From Candidatus Omnitrophota bacterium (GTDB taxonomy: Bacteria; Omnitrophota; Omnitrophia; JAHJGZ01; JAFGJY01): DNA of 64,000 nucleotides. Of the stretch, positions 52,412 through 61,146 are shown piece after piece. The notes under the pieces were generated by a model. That model searched no databases. It saw nothing but the letters and a program-made list of their open reading frames with translations, and was not told where the DNA came from. Where the stretch lies: positions 3,625 through 67,624 of the forward strand of contig JAFGJY010000089.1 of NCBI GenBank assembly GCA_016928875.1. Reading direction: 5' to 3'. A program made the position numbers and the translations under genes. Each line of letters begins with the position of its first letter. The first letter of the stretch is position 1.

Positions 52412-53779
52412 TTATAGATTACATACAGCAAACCGATATTTACCATTCTTATCTTGATCGATTTTCTCAACAGTCAAAATATCAATCTTAACACCTTGGA
52501 ACACAGCAGCTAACTCGTCAATAAGACGCTGATTGGTTATTGATGAATATGCGTCGCCATGAACAATTTTCACAATCAAGCAATCTATCTTGTCTTGAAT
52601 TATTTGCATCTGCTTTATCCCAACTACCTTCGTCAAAGTTCTTTCAATAAGTGAAATGCCAGCAACTTTAGTTCCATCCTTTTTGATCAAGAAGTCAGCT
52701 ACTCTCCCAACAACCTTCTCAAGCAATGGCAATGTTCGCCCACAAGAACATTTCTTTACTGCCATTACTCCATAATCACCTACTTCATAACGAATAAAAG
52801 GCATCCCGTAATTAATAAGGTCAGTAACAATTATACGCCCCATTTCGCCATGTTGCGCTTTTATGCCATCATCTTTAATTATTTCTACAAAAACGTGATC
52901 AGTATTAACATGCAAACCATCGTAACAACTACATTCTGAGGCGATTAAACTTACTTCTTCACATCCGTAGCGGTTTTGGACTTTGCATTGAAAAGCATCT
53001 TCGATAATGCGTCTTTCATTATCAATGAGCATCATTGATGTTGCAACGATTGATTCCATCACCAAAGAAATTTTATGAAACAAACAATAATCAGCAAATA
53101 AGAATAGTGAATGTGAATGTCCAAACAAGTGCTTAATTGCCTTCGCCTGAAGTGTATTAGCAAAAGCACTCAAAGTTGCGTCATTCATAGTTATGGTATC
53201 TAATACTTCAACTCGTTGAATACACATACTATATAATCTTTTTTTAAGAGTGTCCGGCTTCGTCGGATTCCCCCATAAAGCTCCCCTCATAGCCCCCAAT
53301 CTCCATCCTGCCCACATATCACTACGTATAGCCGCCGCATTTCTCCTTTCTACGCATTCCTTATCAGCCCATACCTCAAGAGAGGTGCCAGTCGAACCTC
53401 CTGTCTTTGATTTAAGCAATACACTTTTACCATATGCGAGAGATATAAGATTTTCGGTTCTATTTCTAATATCGTCTTTTCTAAGGATAGGAATGGATTC
53501 AATTTCTCTTGGTAATTCTAATTTGTCGATATCAATACCTAGTTTATCAAATAACTCCTTGTAATATCGTGTTGTCTCATATGCATGTTTAATTATTGCC
53601 GTGAGCTTTCGAGATATCATTACACTTCGTTTTTCAAGAGGCATCCATTGCGCCTTATTAAGCTCTTTCAAAGATCTTAAACGAACACTGCGATCTTTAA
53701 TATCCCATAAAGGATAAAATAAATGCTTCGACAGCGCCTCACCTATAAACTGTGACATTTTTTCATATACTCTCAGCAT
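52412..53779 (-). CDS. Phenylacetate-CoA ligase-like adenylate-forming enzyme (fourth paralogue)
   Basis: SKTGGSTGTSL motif, ..YGCEE.. and ..RYEVGD..; 455 aa. Confidence 0.75.
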   Translation of the reverse strand: MLRVYEKMSQFIGEALSKHLFYPLWDIKDRSVRLRSLKELNKAQWMPLEKRSVMISRKLTAIIKHAYETTRYYKELFDKLGIDIDKLELPREIESIPILRKDDIRNRTENLISLAYGKSVLLKSKTGGSTGTSLEVWADKECVERRNAAAIRSDMWAGWRLGAMRGALWGNPTKPDTLKKRLYSMCIQRVEVLDTITMNDATLSAFANTLQAKAIKHLFGHSHSLFLFADYCLFHKISLVMESIVATSMMLIDNERRIIEDAFQCKVQNRYGCEEVSLIASECSCYDGLHVNTDHVFVEIIKDDGIKAQHGEMGRIIVTDLINYGMPFIRYEVGDYGVMAVKKCSCGRTLPLLEKVVGRVADFLIKKDGTKVAGISLIERTLTKVVGIKQMQIIQDKIDCLIVKIVHGDAYSSITNQRLIDELAAVFQGVKIDILTVEKIDQDKNGKYRFAVCNL

Positions 53780-53983
53780 CAGGATTACATGCTTTAATTA
53801 GCTTCGTAGGCCACCCTCTAAAATGCAGCCGCCGCTGGATCTTTCGTTAACACACCCTTATAGAAGTCATTCCTCCTGCCTTGGCAAACACCGTCTTATG
53901 TGCGCCGACACATGGCATCTTAATGTTAGACCATAATCGGGGATAATATTGTTTTAATACAATGTTGTACTAGTAATCGTATG

Positions 53984-55102
53984 CTATGCTTCTTTCAAGA
54001 AGCGCTCATAGTAAATTTCGTGTTTTGAAACCATTGCATCTAATAAAAACTCCTTCTTTACATAATTAAAAGCTTTGTCTGTTAAATCTGTCCTTAATTT
54101 TTCATCATCTAATAATGAAATTATCGCATCTGCTATAGAATCGGCATTCCCTCGCTCGGCGAGCAATCCATTCTCTCTATCTTTAATGATTTCCATATTC
54201 CCAGGATTATTAGTCACAATCACAGCACACTTGCATGCCATATACTCAAGCACAGCATTAGACAATCCTTCAGTATCAGACGTATTAACCGCTATATCAA
54301 ATACACACATGACAGGTAAAACATCATCAACTAATCCAAGAAATTGCATTTTATCTCCAAATTTTCCTTCTCTCGCCATTTCTTGCAAACATTCTCTTTG
54401 ATATCCATCACCAACGACAAGAAATACTAAGTCCCTCTTTAGTTCATAAACTCGTTTTGCAGCTTGTATGAATAGGTCTACTCGCTTAACCACTCTATTG
54501 AAATTCGAAACTATACCTACTACAGGAATGCCTTCAGCTATCTTTAAGTTATGTCGAATACGCTGATTATTAATACATATATCCTTTATATTGAGGGCCG
54601 CATCTAAACCATTATGTATTACAGAGATGAAATCAGTCGTTATTTTTTCGTTTTTAATAACACTCTGCTTAACTGCTTCAGAATTAGCTAACACACCATG
54701 AGACAACATATTGGCTAACTTCATCAGAAACTTTGTCTTTGTATTATACCAAAACCCCAAGTCACGTCGTGATGAAATCCGGACAGGAACTCCTGATAAA
54801 TATGCGCATAATATCCCGACGACTGTTGCATCAATAAAATATGTATGAACAACATCTGGTTTGATTCTTTTTAAGTACTGAACAATGCGAACAATACGTC
54901 TTATTGTCTTGAAAGACATCAATTTATCTATCTTAAATAAATTAACCGTGAAATCAAGTTCTCCTTGGTTTTTCCCCGGTTGATCTTTAAGGCAACAAAG
55001 CTCAACCTCGTGCCCTCGTTCAATTAACTTTCTAACCAAAAGAATTAGCTGCCTTTCAGTTCCTCCACAACCTAAAGAATCGATAAAATAAATGATTTTC
55101 AT
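53984..55102 (-). CDS. Glycosyltransferase family 4
   Basis: MKIIYFIDSLGCGGTERQL; C-terminus ..NTSDTEGLSNAVLEYMACKCAVIVT. Confidence 0.85.
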   Translation of the reverse strand: MKIIYFIDSLGCGGTERQLILLVRKLIERGHEVELCCLKDQPGKNQGELDFTVNLFKIDKLMSFKTIRRIVRIVQYLKRIKPDVVHTYFIDATVVGILCAYLSGVPVRISSRRDLGFWYNTKTKFLMKLANMLSHGVLANSEAVKQSVIKNEKITTDFISVIHNGLDAALNIKDICINNQRIRHNLKIAEGIPVVGIVSNFNRVVKRVDLFIQAAKRVYELKRDLVFLVVGDGYQRECLQEMAREGKFGDKMQFLGLVDDVLPVMCVFDIAVNTSDTEGLSNAVLEYMACKCAVIVTNNPGNMEIIKDRENGLLAERGNADSIADAIISLLDDEKLRTDLTDKAFNYVKKEFLLDAMVSKHEIYYERFLKEA

Positions 55103-56640
55103 TGTCCAATACTCTCGTAAATATTGATATCAAGTTTTCTATCGAAATGAAGTTGCTTAAAGTTCTCTTCTAAGAATTTCTTAACCTCAGGTTTAAAATA
55201 CCTCTTATCATCAAGATCATCAAATCTTGATACAAAATAAACTTTTTTATGGGCTAAGACTTTTCTTATTATATTTAAATCCTCAATTCTTTTTGGGTTT
55301 CTGACTGATTCATCAAGTGACTCCATAAAACTCCATAGATAATCAGGTTCTTTACCAAAATAATAACAAAAATGTTCCCATTCTGTTGATACAAATACAG
55401 CATCCCTATCGATCTTATCTTTTATTGATTCATAGAAAGCCTTATAATCCCCCCAAGTACATTTAATTGCTCTATCGATAGCGGGAAGTGCAATAGGAAC
55501 AGTAATTATAAATATGAATACAAGTATAAAAAGACTCAAACCCGCCTTGATGGCCATTGCCTTTTCTTTCATGCTTTTCATCGCTCTATTAATGATAACT
55601 GACGCAAAAACAGCAGGAATAAGCAAATAAAATGAAATCCCATAAAAGAAATATCTCTCTTGTTTGACTCGAAACAAAAATGAATGCAATAGCACTAACG
55701 TTAAGAAAACAATACTGAAATACAAACCGCGACGTTTATACTTTTGGATCATACAAACTATGCCAAAAGGGAGAAAATATATCATAACCCCATAATAATC
55801 GGTTAATATCCATCGATAATAATGAGGAGAGAACGTCATATATTTGTCCCACCCTAATCCATAACGCGCTATTGTGTAGAACTCGATCATGTATTCTTTC
55901 TTCACAAAATAGCAGATCATAAATAATAAAGGAATTCCTACTAAAGTAAGTAAATATTTATACCACACCCCGGAAAACCGCTCCTCTCTGTCATAGGTAA
56001 CAATTACGAAGCGAATAATGGCATAAAAGAATAGAACAAAAGAAAAGTTTGCTGCCAACGGCTGAAGAATGAACGCAACTCCAAAGGCAAGACATGATAA
56101 AAAAAGCATTGTCGGTGATATCTGCATTTTATTTATGATTGGAATTCCCTTGATAATATGTTTGTCTCGATTTTGTTCATAGCCTTCGAAGAAGAACCAA
56201 ACCCCCGTAAAAAAGAATAGGTTAAAAAGAGCATACATCCGGCAACCGCGAGCGAAGTGAATGTTCAATGGGCTAAGTGCCAAGAATAACATAAATATAA
56301 ATGCCACATTAAGCCCAAAAACACTTCTCACCAAAAGAAATCCTATAATTATAAAAGCGATATCGAATATTACCGAAGGGAACCGAGCAGACCATTCATC
56401 CCTTCCAAAAAGTTTAAACGAAGCAGCAACACTATATGTGAATGGCAGAGCTCGCGTATAAAGTCGTTCTGGTGGAATTATGGGTTGACCCGTCTCAATA
56501 ATACCCTTGGCGGCCAACACATGAAAAAACTCATCTTGCCAAAAGCCGAACTTCCCAAGGTCCCACAATCTCAAACAAAGAGCTACACCGATAATCAAAA
56601 TGAACAAAGCAACATAAATAGTTTTATTATGTATTTTCAT
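55099..56640 (-). CDS. Membrane GT-C glycosyltransferase (ArnT/GT39/GT83-like), second copy
   Basis: The start MKIHNKTIYVALFILIIGVALCLRLWDLGKFGFWQDEFFH at 56640 forms an ATGA overlap and follows a GGGAGG RBS. The D-E loop after TM1 is typical of GT-C. The protein is polytopic with a soluble C-terminus. Confidence 0.65.
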   Translation of the reverse strand: MKIHNKTIYVALFILIIGVALCLRLWDLGKFGFWQDEFFHVLAAKGIIETGQPIIPPERLYTRALPFTYSVAASFKLFGRDEWSARFPSVIFDIAFIIIGFLLVRSVFGLNVAFIFMLFLALSPLNIHFARGCRMYALFNLFFFTGVWFFFEGYEQNRDKHIIKGIPIINKMQISPTMLFLSCLAFGVAFILQPLAANFSFVLFFYAIIRFVIVTYDREERFSGVWYKYLLTLVGIPLLFMICYFVKKEYMIEFYTIARYGLGWDKYMTFSPHYYRWILTDYYGVMIYFLPFGIVCMIQKYKRRGLYFSIVFLTLVLLHSFLFRVKQERYFFYGISFYLLIPAVFASVIINRAMKSMKEKAMAIKAGLSLFILVFIFIITVPIALPAIDRAIKCTWGDYKAFYESIKDKIDRDAVFVSTEWEHFCYYFGKEPDYLWSFMESLDESVRNPKRIEDLNIIRKVLAHKKVYFVSRFDDLDDKRYFKPEVKKFLEENFKQLHFDRKLDINIYESIGQ

Positions 56641-57551
56641 ACCTCCCACCGCTTCATTTTTACTATCAATTTGTGGCCTGATAAAAAGAATATCAAATGA
56701 TCGAATTGCGCGAAGAGCCAAAATAACGGATATGTCAGTGAATACGCCATAAATAGTTTCTTGTATTTATTCATGTCATGTGAAGTCACGACGTTGCCTT
56801 TGGATGGTTCTGTGTTCTGGGTTGCACGCTCGGATAAGTTCTGAGTTCCGAGTTCTGAGTTCTGGGTAGCGACATTGGATGAGTTCGGGGTTCGGGGTTC
56901 GGGGTTCTGAGATGTACACTCTGAACTCTGAACTCTGAACTCAGAACCTTTTAACAATCCCATCCCAAAACAAATAATGATGTCTATCAATTCCGAAAAG
57001 AAACGTGAATAGGCCCGGGATGTGGCTACATCAAAGCTATCGAAGAGCTCTGCAAGCTCTTTTTTTGTATACCCGGGGCGTACATGCCCGTGCTTTTCGT
57101 CTGTTAACCCTAGCATATATTGTAAAGGCCGTATGAGTGACCACGATACTTTATGCGGCGCAAGTACTATTAATTCACCTTCCGGCTTCAATATGCGTTT
57201 AATTTCCAGCGCAAAAGCGTGATCGTCCTCTACGTGTTCTAGCATATCAACGATAACGATAACGTCAAAAGCATGATCAGCAAATGGCAGATGAGGCGGA
57301 TTGTCGATATGCACGACATTAGTTTTAACCAATGACTCGATCGAGTTAACCGTTTCCATACTGAGATCCGCACTCGTCCATTGACCACCTTGCTGTCGCA
57401 ATAAATAACTGATAACACCATTATCAGAACCCAGATCAAGACAGGCCTTGTTATCTAGGTTAGGTAGTAAACGATTAATCTGGTGCCATTTTTCTTTCTT
57501 GAGCACTGATTTTGAGAATAATTTTAAATGCCAATTATCCATTGCGTTCAC
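56637..57551 (-). CDS. Class I SAM-dependent methyltransferase (type 11) with an in-frame repeat insertion near the C-terminus
   Basis: CLDLGSDNGVISYLL (motif I), FDVIVIVDMLEHVEDD. The segment SEFRVQSSECTSQNPEPRTPNSSNVATQNSELGTQNLSERATQNTEP is encoded by the repeat at 56807..56948. Confidence 0.8.
   Translation of the reverse strand: MNAMDNWHLKLFSKSVLKKEKWHQINRLLPNLDNKACLDLGSDNGVISYLLRQQGGQWTSADLSMETVNSIESLVKTNVVHIDNPPHLPFADHAFDVIVIVDMLEHVEDDHAFALEIKRILKPEGELIVLAPHKVSWSLIRPLQYMLGLTDEKHGHVRPGYTKKELAELFDSFDVATSRAYSRFFSELIDIIICFGMGLLKGSEFRVQSSECTSQNPEPRTPNSSNVATQNSELGTQNLSERATQNTEPSKGNVVTSHDMNKYKKLFMAYSLTYPLFWLFAQFDHLIFFLSGHKLIVKMKRWEV
56807..56948. repeat. ORF-less GTTCTGAG-word palindromic element inside the methyltransferase CDS
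   Basis: The left arm gttctgagttccgagttctgagttctggg (56838..56866) matches the reverse complement of the right arm ctctgaactctgaactctgaactcagaacc (56919..56948) at about 25/29 positions. The centre holds a gttcggg x3 tandem (56883..56905). Confidence 0.8.
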
Positions 57552-58557
57552 TCGTCCCTACTAATTTACGTAATGCCCCATACCCCAAATACTGATCGGC
57601 CAAAAATGTTATTGCATATTGAAACGGAATCCCGCCGATCTGCTTACGGCACAGGCGGTCGCATTTCTTACAAAGTGAAAGCTCGTTAACGTTCCCTGCT
57701 AAATTACGCCGGAGCGTTGTATACGCCGCGCCGTTCCATATTTCTTTAATAGAACTCTTGCTGACGTTCCCGAGGTTCATACACGCCATAAAGTCCTGAG
57801 GACAAGGCGTTACGGTTCCATCCCAACATATGACCATTGCGTACCATGGGAACGTGCATACATTACCGTTCAGGATCTCGCCGCCTTTATTCGATTCAAC
57901 GGCCCAGTCATATTCCTGCTTAGTAATGATCTCATTTACCCCAAGGTCACGGAATTCCTGCTCAAGCGCGCGCGTCTCAGCCGTGTCAACGTTCATGCTC
58001 TCATCTTTAAAATGAATACGTTCGATAACAATGTACGGGAGTGCCTCCCTCAACTGTTTCTTGCGTTTGAGGAGTTCTTTTATGTTCGCCACCGTTGTCT
58101 CAAAATTCCCGCCGCGACGGACCTTTTCGTATACATCCTTGGTAAAACCGTCAAAAGAAATAGATACTAAATTCGGGGCGGCTTCGATAAGGAGTTCTGA
58201 CTTATCAAGCGAAAGCAACCCGGCATTGGTGTGAAAACGCACTGCAATCCCTCTATTCTTTGCATATATGATCATTTTAAAGAGGTCTTTGTTCGTAAGC
58301 GGTTCCCCGCGATGATGCAAATAGACATCATTCACAAAATCTTTAGCCTCATCAATGATCTTTTTAAAGAGTTCAAAACTCATCTTCCCTTTCTTCTCTG
58401 CGGCCAAATCTTTGTTTGGGCACATCACACATTTGAGGTTACAGATCAGGCTTGACTCGATCCACAGCTTGATGGGCATGGTATCGAGCGTGGTCTTACG
58501 GCGCTTAAAGTTCGCGAGTATTTTGGCGAGGGTGTAGGTCTTATGTATAAAGTTCAT
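57535..58557 (-). CDS. Radical SAM enzyme with SPASM/twitch-like C-terminal Cys cluster
   Basis: SSLICNLKCVMCP (CxxxCxxC). C-terminus CTFPWYAMVICWDGTVTPCPQDF..C...CKKCDRLC. Paralogue of 11690..12781. Confidence 0.8.
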   Translation of the reverse strand: MNFIHKTYTLAKILANFKRRKTTLDTMPIKLWIESSLICNLKCVMCPNKDLAAEKKGKMSFELFKKIIDEAKDFVNDVYLHHRGEPLTNKDLFKMIIYAKNRGIAVRFHTNAGLLSLDKSELLIEAAPNLVSISFDGFTKDVYEKVRRGGNFETTVANIKELLKRKKQLREALPYIVIERIHFKDESMNVDTAETRALEQEFRDLGVNEIITKQEYDWAVESNKGGEILNGNVCTFPWYAMVICWDGTVTPCPQDFMACMNLGNVSKSSIKEIWNGAAYTTLRRNLAGNVNELSLCKKCDRLCRKQIGGIPFQYAITFLADQYLGYGALRKLVGTSERNG

Positions 58558-58580
58558 AGTTCTGGGTTCTGGGTTCTGGG

Positions 58581-58943
58581 TTATTTTAATTTTTGTGAAA
58601 AAGTAAATATCATTCGTGATAATATGTCTAATTCTTCTAATAGAGCCTTTTGTTTATCATCAGTAATATATCCTTGGTTCGCGGAAATAAACACTTGCGT
58701 TTCAAGTTCTGCGATAGAGCCACGTGCTACTGCTAAAAATTGTTTAAATTCCTTCGCATGATTTCTTCTGAATCCCTCAGCAATATTTGATGGGACCGAA
58801 ACTGAAGCCCGTCTCATTTGAGATATCATCCCAAACTTCTCGTCTTCTGGATATTTTTTCGTGATCTCATATATAGCATTGACGATATCCATCCCTTTCT
58901 GCCATATTTTTAAATCTTTATAGTGCTTTATTCCTTCTGTCAT
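58581..58943 (-). CDS. Four-helix-bundle protein (23S rRNA IVS protein family), copy 2
   Basis: ..YKDLKIWQKGMDIV..YPEDEKFGMISQMRRASVSVPSNIAEGFRRNHAKEFKQFLAVARGSIAELET.. . Confidence 0.9.
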   Translation of the reverse strand: MTEGIKHYKDLKIWQKGMDIVNAIYEITKKYPEDEKFGMISQMRRASVSVPSNIAEGFRRNHAKEFKQFLAVARGSIAELETQVFISANQGYITDDKQKALLEELDILSRMIFTFSQKLK

Positions 58944-58966
58944 AGTTAATTATAACTTTCTACTAA

Positions 58967-59100
58967 GTCCTGGGTTCAGCGTTCTGTGTCCTGAGTTAAT
59001 TCAACTTCTTTGCGAATGTTAATATCAAATGCTTTTTTCTTCTCTTATTCTAATATCCTAGCGTTCAACCCAGAACCCAGAACGCTGTACTCTGAACTCA
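58967..59100. repeat. GTTCTGGG-word arms upstream of 4HB copy 2 (an inverted pair around an AT-rich ~65-nt loop)
   Basis: gtcctgggttcagcgttctgtgtcctgagtt (58967..58997) pairs with gttcaacccagaacccagaacgctgtactctgaactca (59063..59100). There is a perfect 10-mer pair at 58977..58986 / 59078..59087. A third arm, gttctgggttctgggttctgggtt, lies at 58559..58582. Confidence 0.8.
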
Positions 59101-60036
59101 TTCAATGATCTCCGCGATGTGATATTCTTTGATATTCCGCGCGTGTGTAAAAATGATCAATTCCCCGAGCAACCCCAGGGAGGAAACCTGTACACCAAGG
59201 ACCATGAGGAGCATTCCCAACAATACCATGGGACGGTCAGCCAATGCCTCGTTCAGAAAAAGTCTCGCGTAGCCTAAATATGCCGTAATGAGCGTCCCCA
59301 TTACAAACACGGTGCTTCCTATCAATCCAAAAAATCTCAAGGGTTTGCGGGTGAATTTGATGATAAAAAAGAGTGAAATGATATCGATCATCCGCCGTAC
59401 ATATACTCCAATGCCATAAAACCTTAGTTTTTTATCTTCTTCGCGTTGCTGTGCCGGCAGCTCGCTGATCTTGTATCCCTGCTGGAACGCAAGGATCGGT
59501 ATAAAACGATGCATGTCCCCCGTCAGATTAAGGCCTTTCGCAACCTCAGCCCGCATGCACCTGAGACCGCAGGAAATATCTTTAAATGAAAAGTTCGTGA
59601 AATTCTTAATGAGCCCATGGAACACCGCGGCTTGTACCCTATTAATGATATTGTCCTGGCGCGGTTCGCGACGCGTTATAACGAGGTCATAACCGTGCTC
59701 AAGTTCATCGAGCATAGTGTTCATGACGTCCGGTACGACCTGAAAGTAGGCTGACAGCGTGAAGATTATATCTCCGCGGGCGTGTTCGAAGCCTACCATA
59801 AGGGCAACCGCTTCAAAGAAGTTTCGTGCGAATTTGATGATACGTATCTCGGGGAATTCCTGGCGTAATCCTTTGAGTGCCTGGAATGCGTCATTATGCA
59901 CGCCATCAACGACGAAAATGAATTCGAACGTCAAACCGCGTGCTTTTAAGGGTTGTGAGTATTCGGTGAAGAGTTTACGCAAATCGTGATAGCGTTCGAT
60001 CACAGGAACCACTACGGAAATCTTTGGATTATTCAT
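59098..60036 (-). CDS. GT2 polyprenol-phosphate glycosyltransferase-like (DPM1/GtrB/ArnC-type, C-terminal TM helices)
   Basis: ISVVVPVIERYHD...FIFVVDGVHND..; two C-terminal TM helices (..FFGLIGSTVFVMGTLITAYL.., ..VLLGMLLMVLGVQVSSLGLLGELII); GAGGAG RBS. Confidence 0.7.
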   Translation of the reverse strand: MNNPKISVVVPVIERYHDLRKLFTEYSQPLKARGLTFEFIFVVDGVHNDAFQALKGLRQEFPEIRIIKFARNFFEAVALMVGFEHARGDIIFTLSAYFQVVPDVMNTMLDELEHGYDLVITRREPRQDNIINRVQAAVFHGLIKNFTNFSFKDISCGLRCMRAEVAKGLNLTGDMHRFIPILAFQQGYKISELPAQQREEDKKLRFYGIGVYVRRMIDIISLFFIIKFTRKPLRFFGLIGSTVFVMGTLITAYLGYARLFLNEALADRPMVLLGMLLMVLGVQVSSLGLLGELIIFTHARNIKEYHIAEIIE

Positions 60037-60082
60037 TTATGTTCTCCTCTTGTAATTATAATTGGTGCGGGTTGTTTTTTAT

Positions 60083-60185
60083 TGTCATCCTGAGACGAGC
60101 GAAGCGAGGCGAAGGATCCAGGATAAGCATTCACGTGGTACTTGTAGCCTAGATCCTTCGCCCCTCCGGGGCTCAGGATGACAGC
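60083..60185. repeat. Hairpin MITE family A, copy 2 (intergenic, abutting the stop of 60187..61146)
   Basis: tgtcatcctgagacgagcgaagcgaggcgaaggatccaggataagc...cctagatccttcgcccctccggggctcaggatgacagc. The minus-strand frame AVILSPGGAKDLGYKYHVNAYPGSFASLRSSQDD is open. Confidence 0.85.
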
Positions 60186-60186
60186 A

Positions 60187-61146
60187 TTATTTAATTATTT
60201 CAGCTGTAACTGTACTTAATTTTTCCGCTTTGTATTTTCCTTGCCGTAAAATGATCACGCTTAATAACGCTAAAAAAATAAAATGCGTCACCAGCATGAG
60301 CATCAGCAATGTCGCTCCGGGAAAGACGATGCCCGGCGTATGCGCAAAGATATAATGTTCTATGGTCGCGATGAGACAGAGCACGCTTAATGCCAGGAAC
60401 GGTAATGTCCAGAACGCGAAGAATAATGCCGGCTTTGTTGAGAAACGAGTTAAAAGCACCATAGTAAATAGATCCGCAAACACCTTGAACGTCCGTGAAA
60501 GCCCGTATTTTGATTTCCCATACACCCTCGCATAATGGTTCACCGGCATCTCCGCGGTACGAGCACCGGTGATCGAAGCCACTGCCGGGAAAAAGCGATG
60601 CATCTCAGCGTATGCCTGCACTTCCCTGATACATTCCCGTTTGTATGCCTTGAGCGAACAACCGTAATCGTGCAAATGAACGCCGGTGAGGATCGATATG
60701 AGCTTATTGGCACACATTGAGGGTAACTTGCGCGTTAAGAATTTATCCTGGCGTTTGTACCGCCACCCGCTCACGACCTCATAGCCTTCGTCCATCTTAT
60801 CAAGCAACTTTTTCATATCAGCCGGATCGTTCTGCAGATCGCCGTCCATGGTAATAATGATATCGCCGCGTGCGTGATCGAAACCCGCGACCATGGCCGG
60901 CGTCTGGCCGTAATTCTTTCTGAAGCGGATAACGCGCAGGTCATTGGTGCCTGACACCAACTGTTTCAATATCTCAGGTGTCTTGTCACTCGAGCCATCA
61001 TCGATCAATATGATCTCATACGAACGCCCAAGCTTTACCGCTTCATCGTGGACACGCTCATAGAGCTTCTTAACGCATTCTTGTTCGTTGTAAATAGGAA
61101 TTACGATCGACAGATCAGGGTTCATGGTGCATAGTTCATGGTTCAT
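60187..61146 (-). CDS. GT2 polyprenol-phosphate glycosyltransferase (ArnC/GtrB-like)
   Basis: LSIVIPIYNEQE..ILIDDGSSDKT..ITMDGDLQNDP plus C-terminal TM helices. ATG 61146 forms ATGA with the 4HB stop. The first 7 codons (MNHELCT) lie in the repeat arm; an alternative start is ATG 61125 (MNPDLSIVIP). Confidence 0.85.
   Translation of the reverse strand: MNHELCTMNPDLSIVIPIYNEQECVKKLYERVHDEAVKLGRSYEIILIDDGSSDKTPEILKQLVSGTNDLRVIRFRKNYGQTPAMVAGFDHARGDIIITMDGDLQNDPADMKKLLDKMDEGYEVVSGWRYKRQDKFLTRKLPSMCANKLISILTGVHLHDYGCSLKAYKRECIREVQAYAEMHRFFPAVASITGARTAEMPVNHYARVYGKSKYGLSRTFKVFADLFTMVLLTRFSTKPALFFAFWTLPFLALSVLCLIATIEHYIFAHTPGIVFPGATLLMLMLVTHFIFLALLSVIILRQGKYKAEKLSTVTAEIIK

Noticed and set aside
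53847-53918. A 23-codon minus-strand ORF (MPCVGAHKTVFAKAGGMTSIRVC) in the 204-bp gap upstream of the fourth ligase, considered as a possible small precursor peptide.
   Set aside because: It has no convincing RBS and no neighbouring peptide-maturase context (the SPASM genes are distant). It is very short and has no repeats or leader-like features. It cannot be supported from sequence alone.
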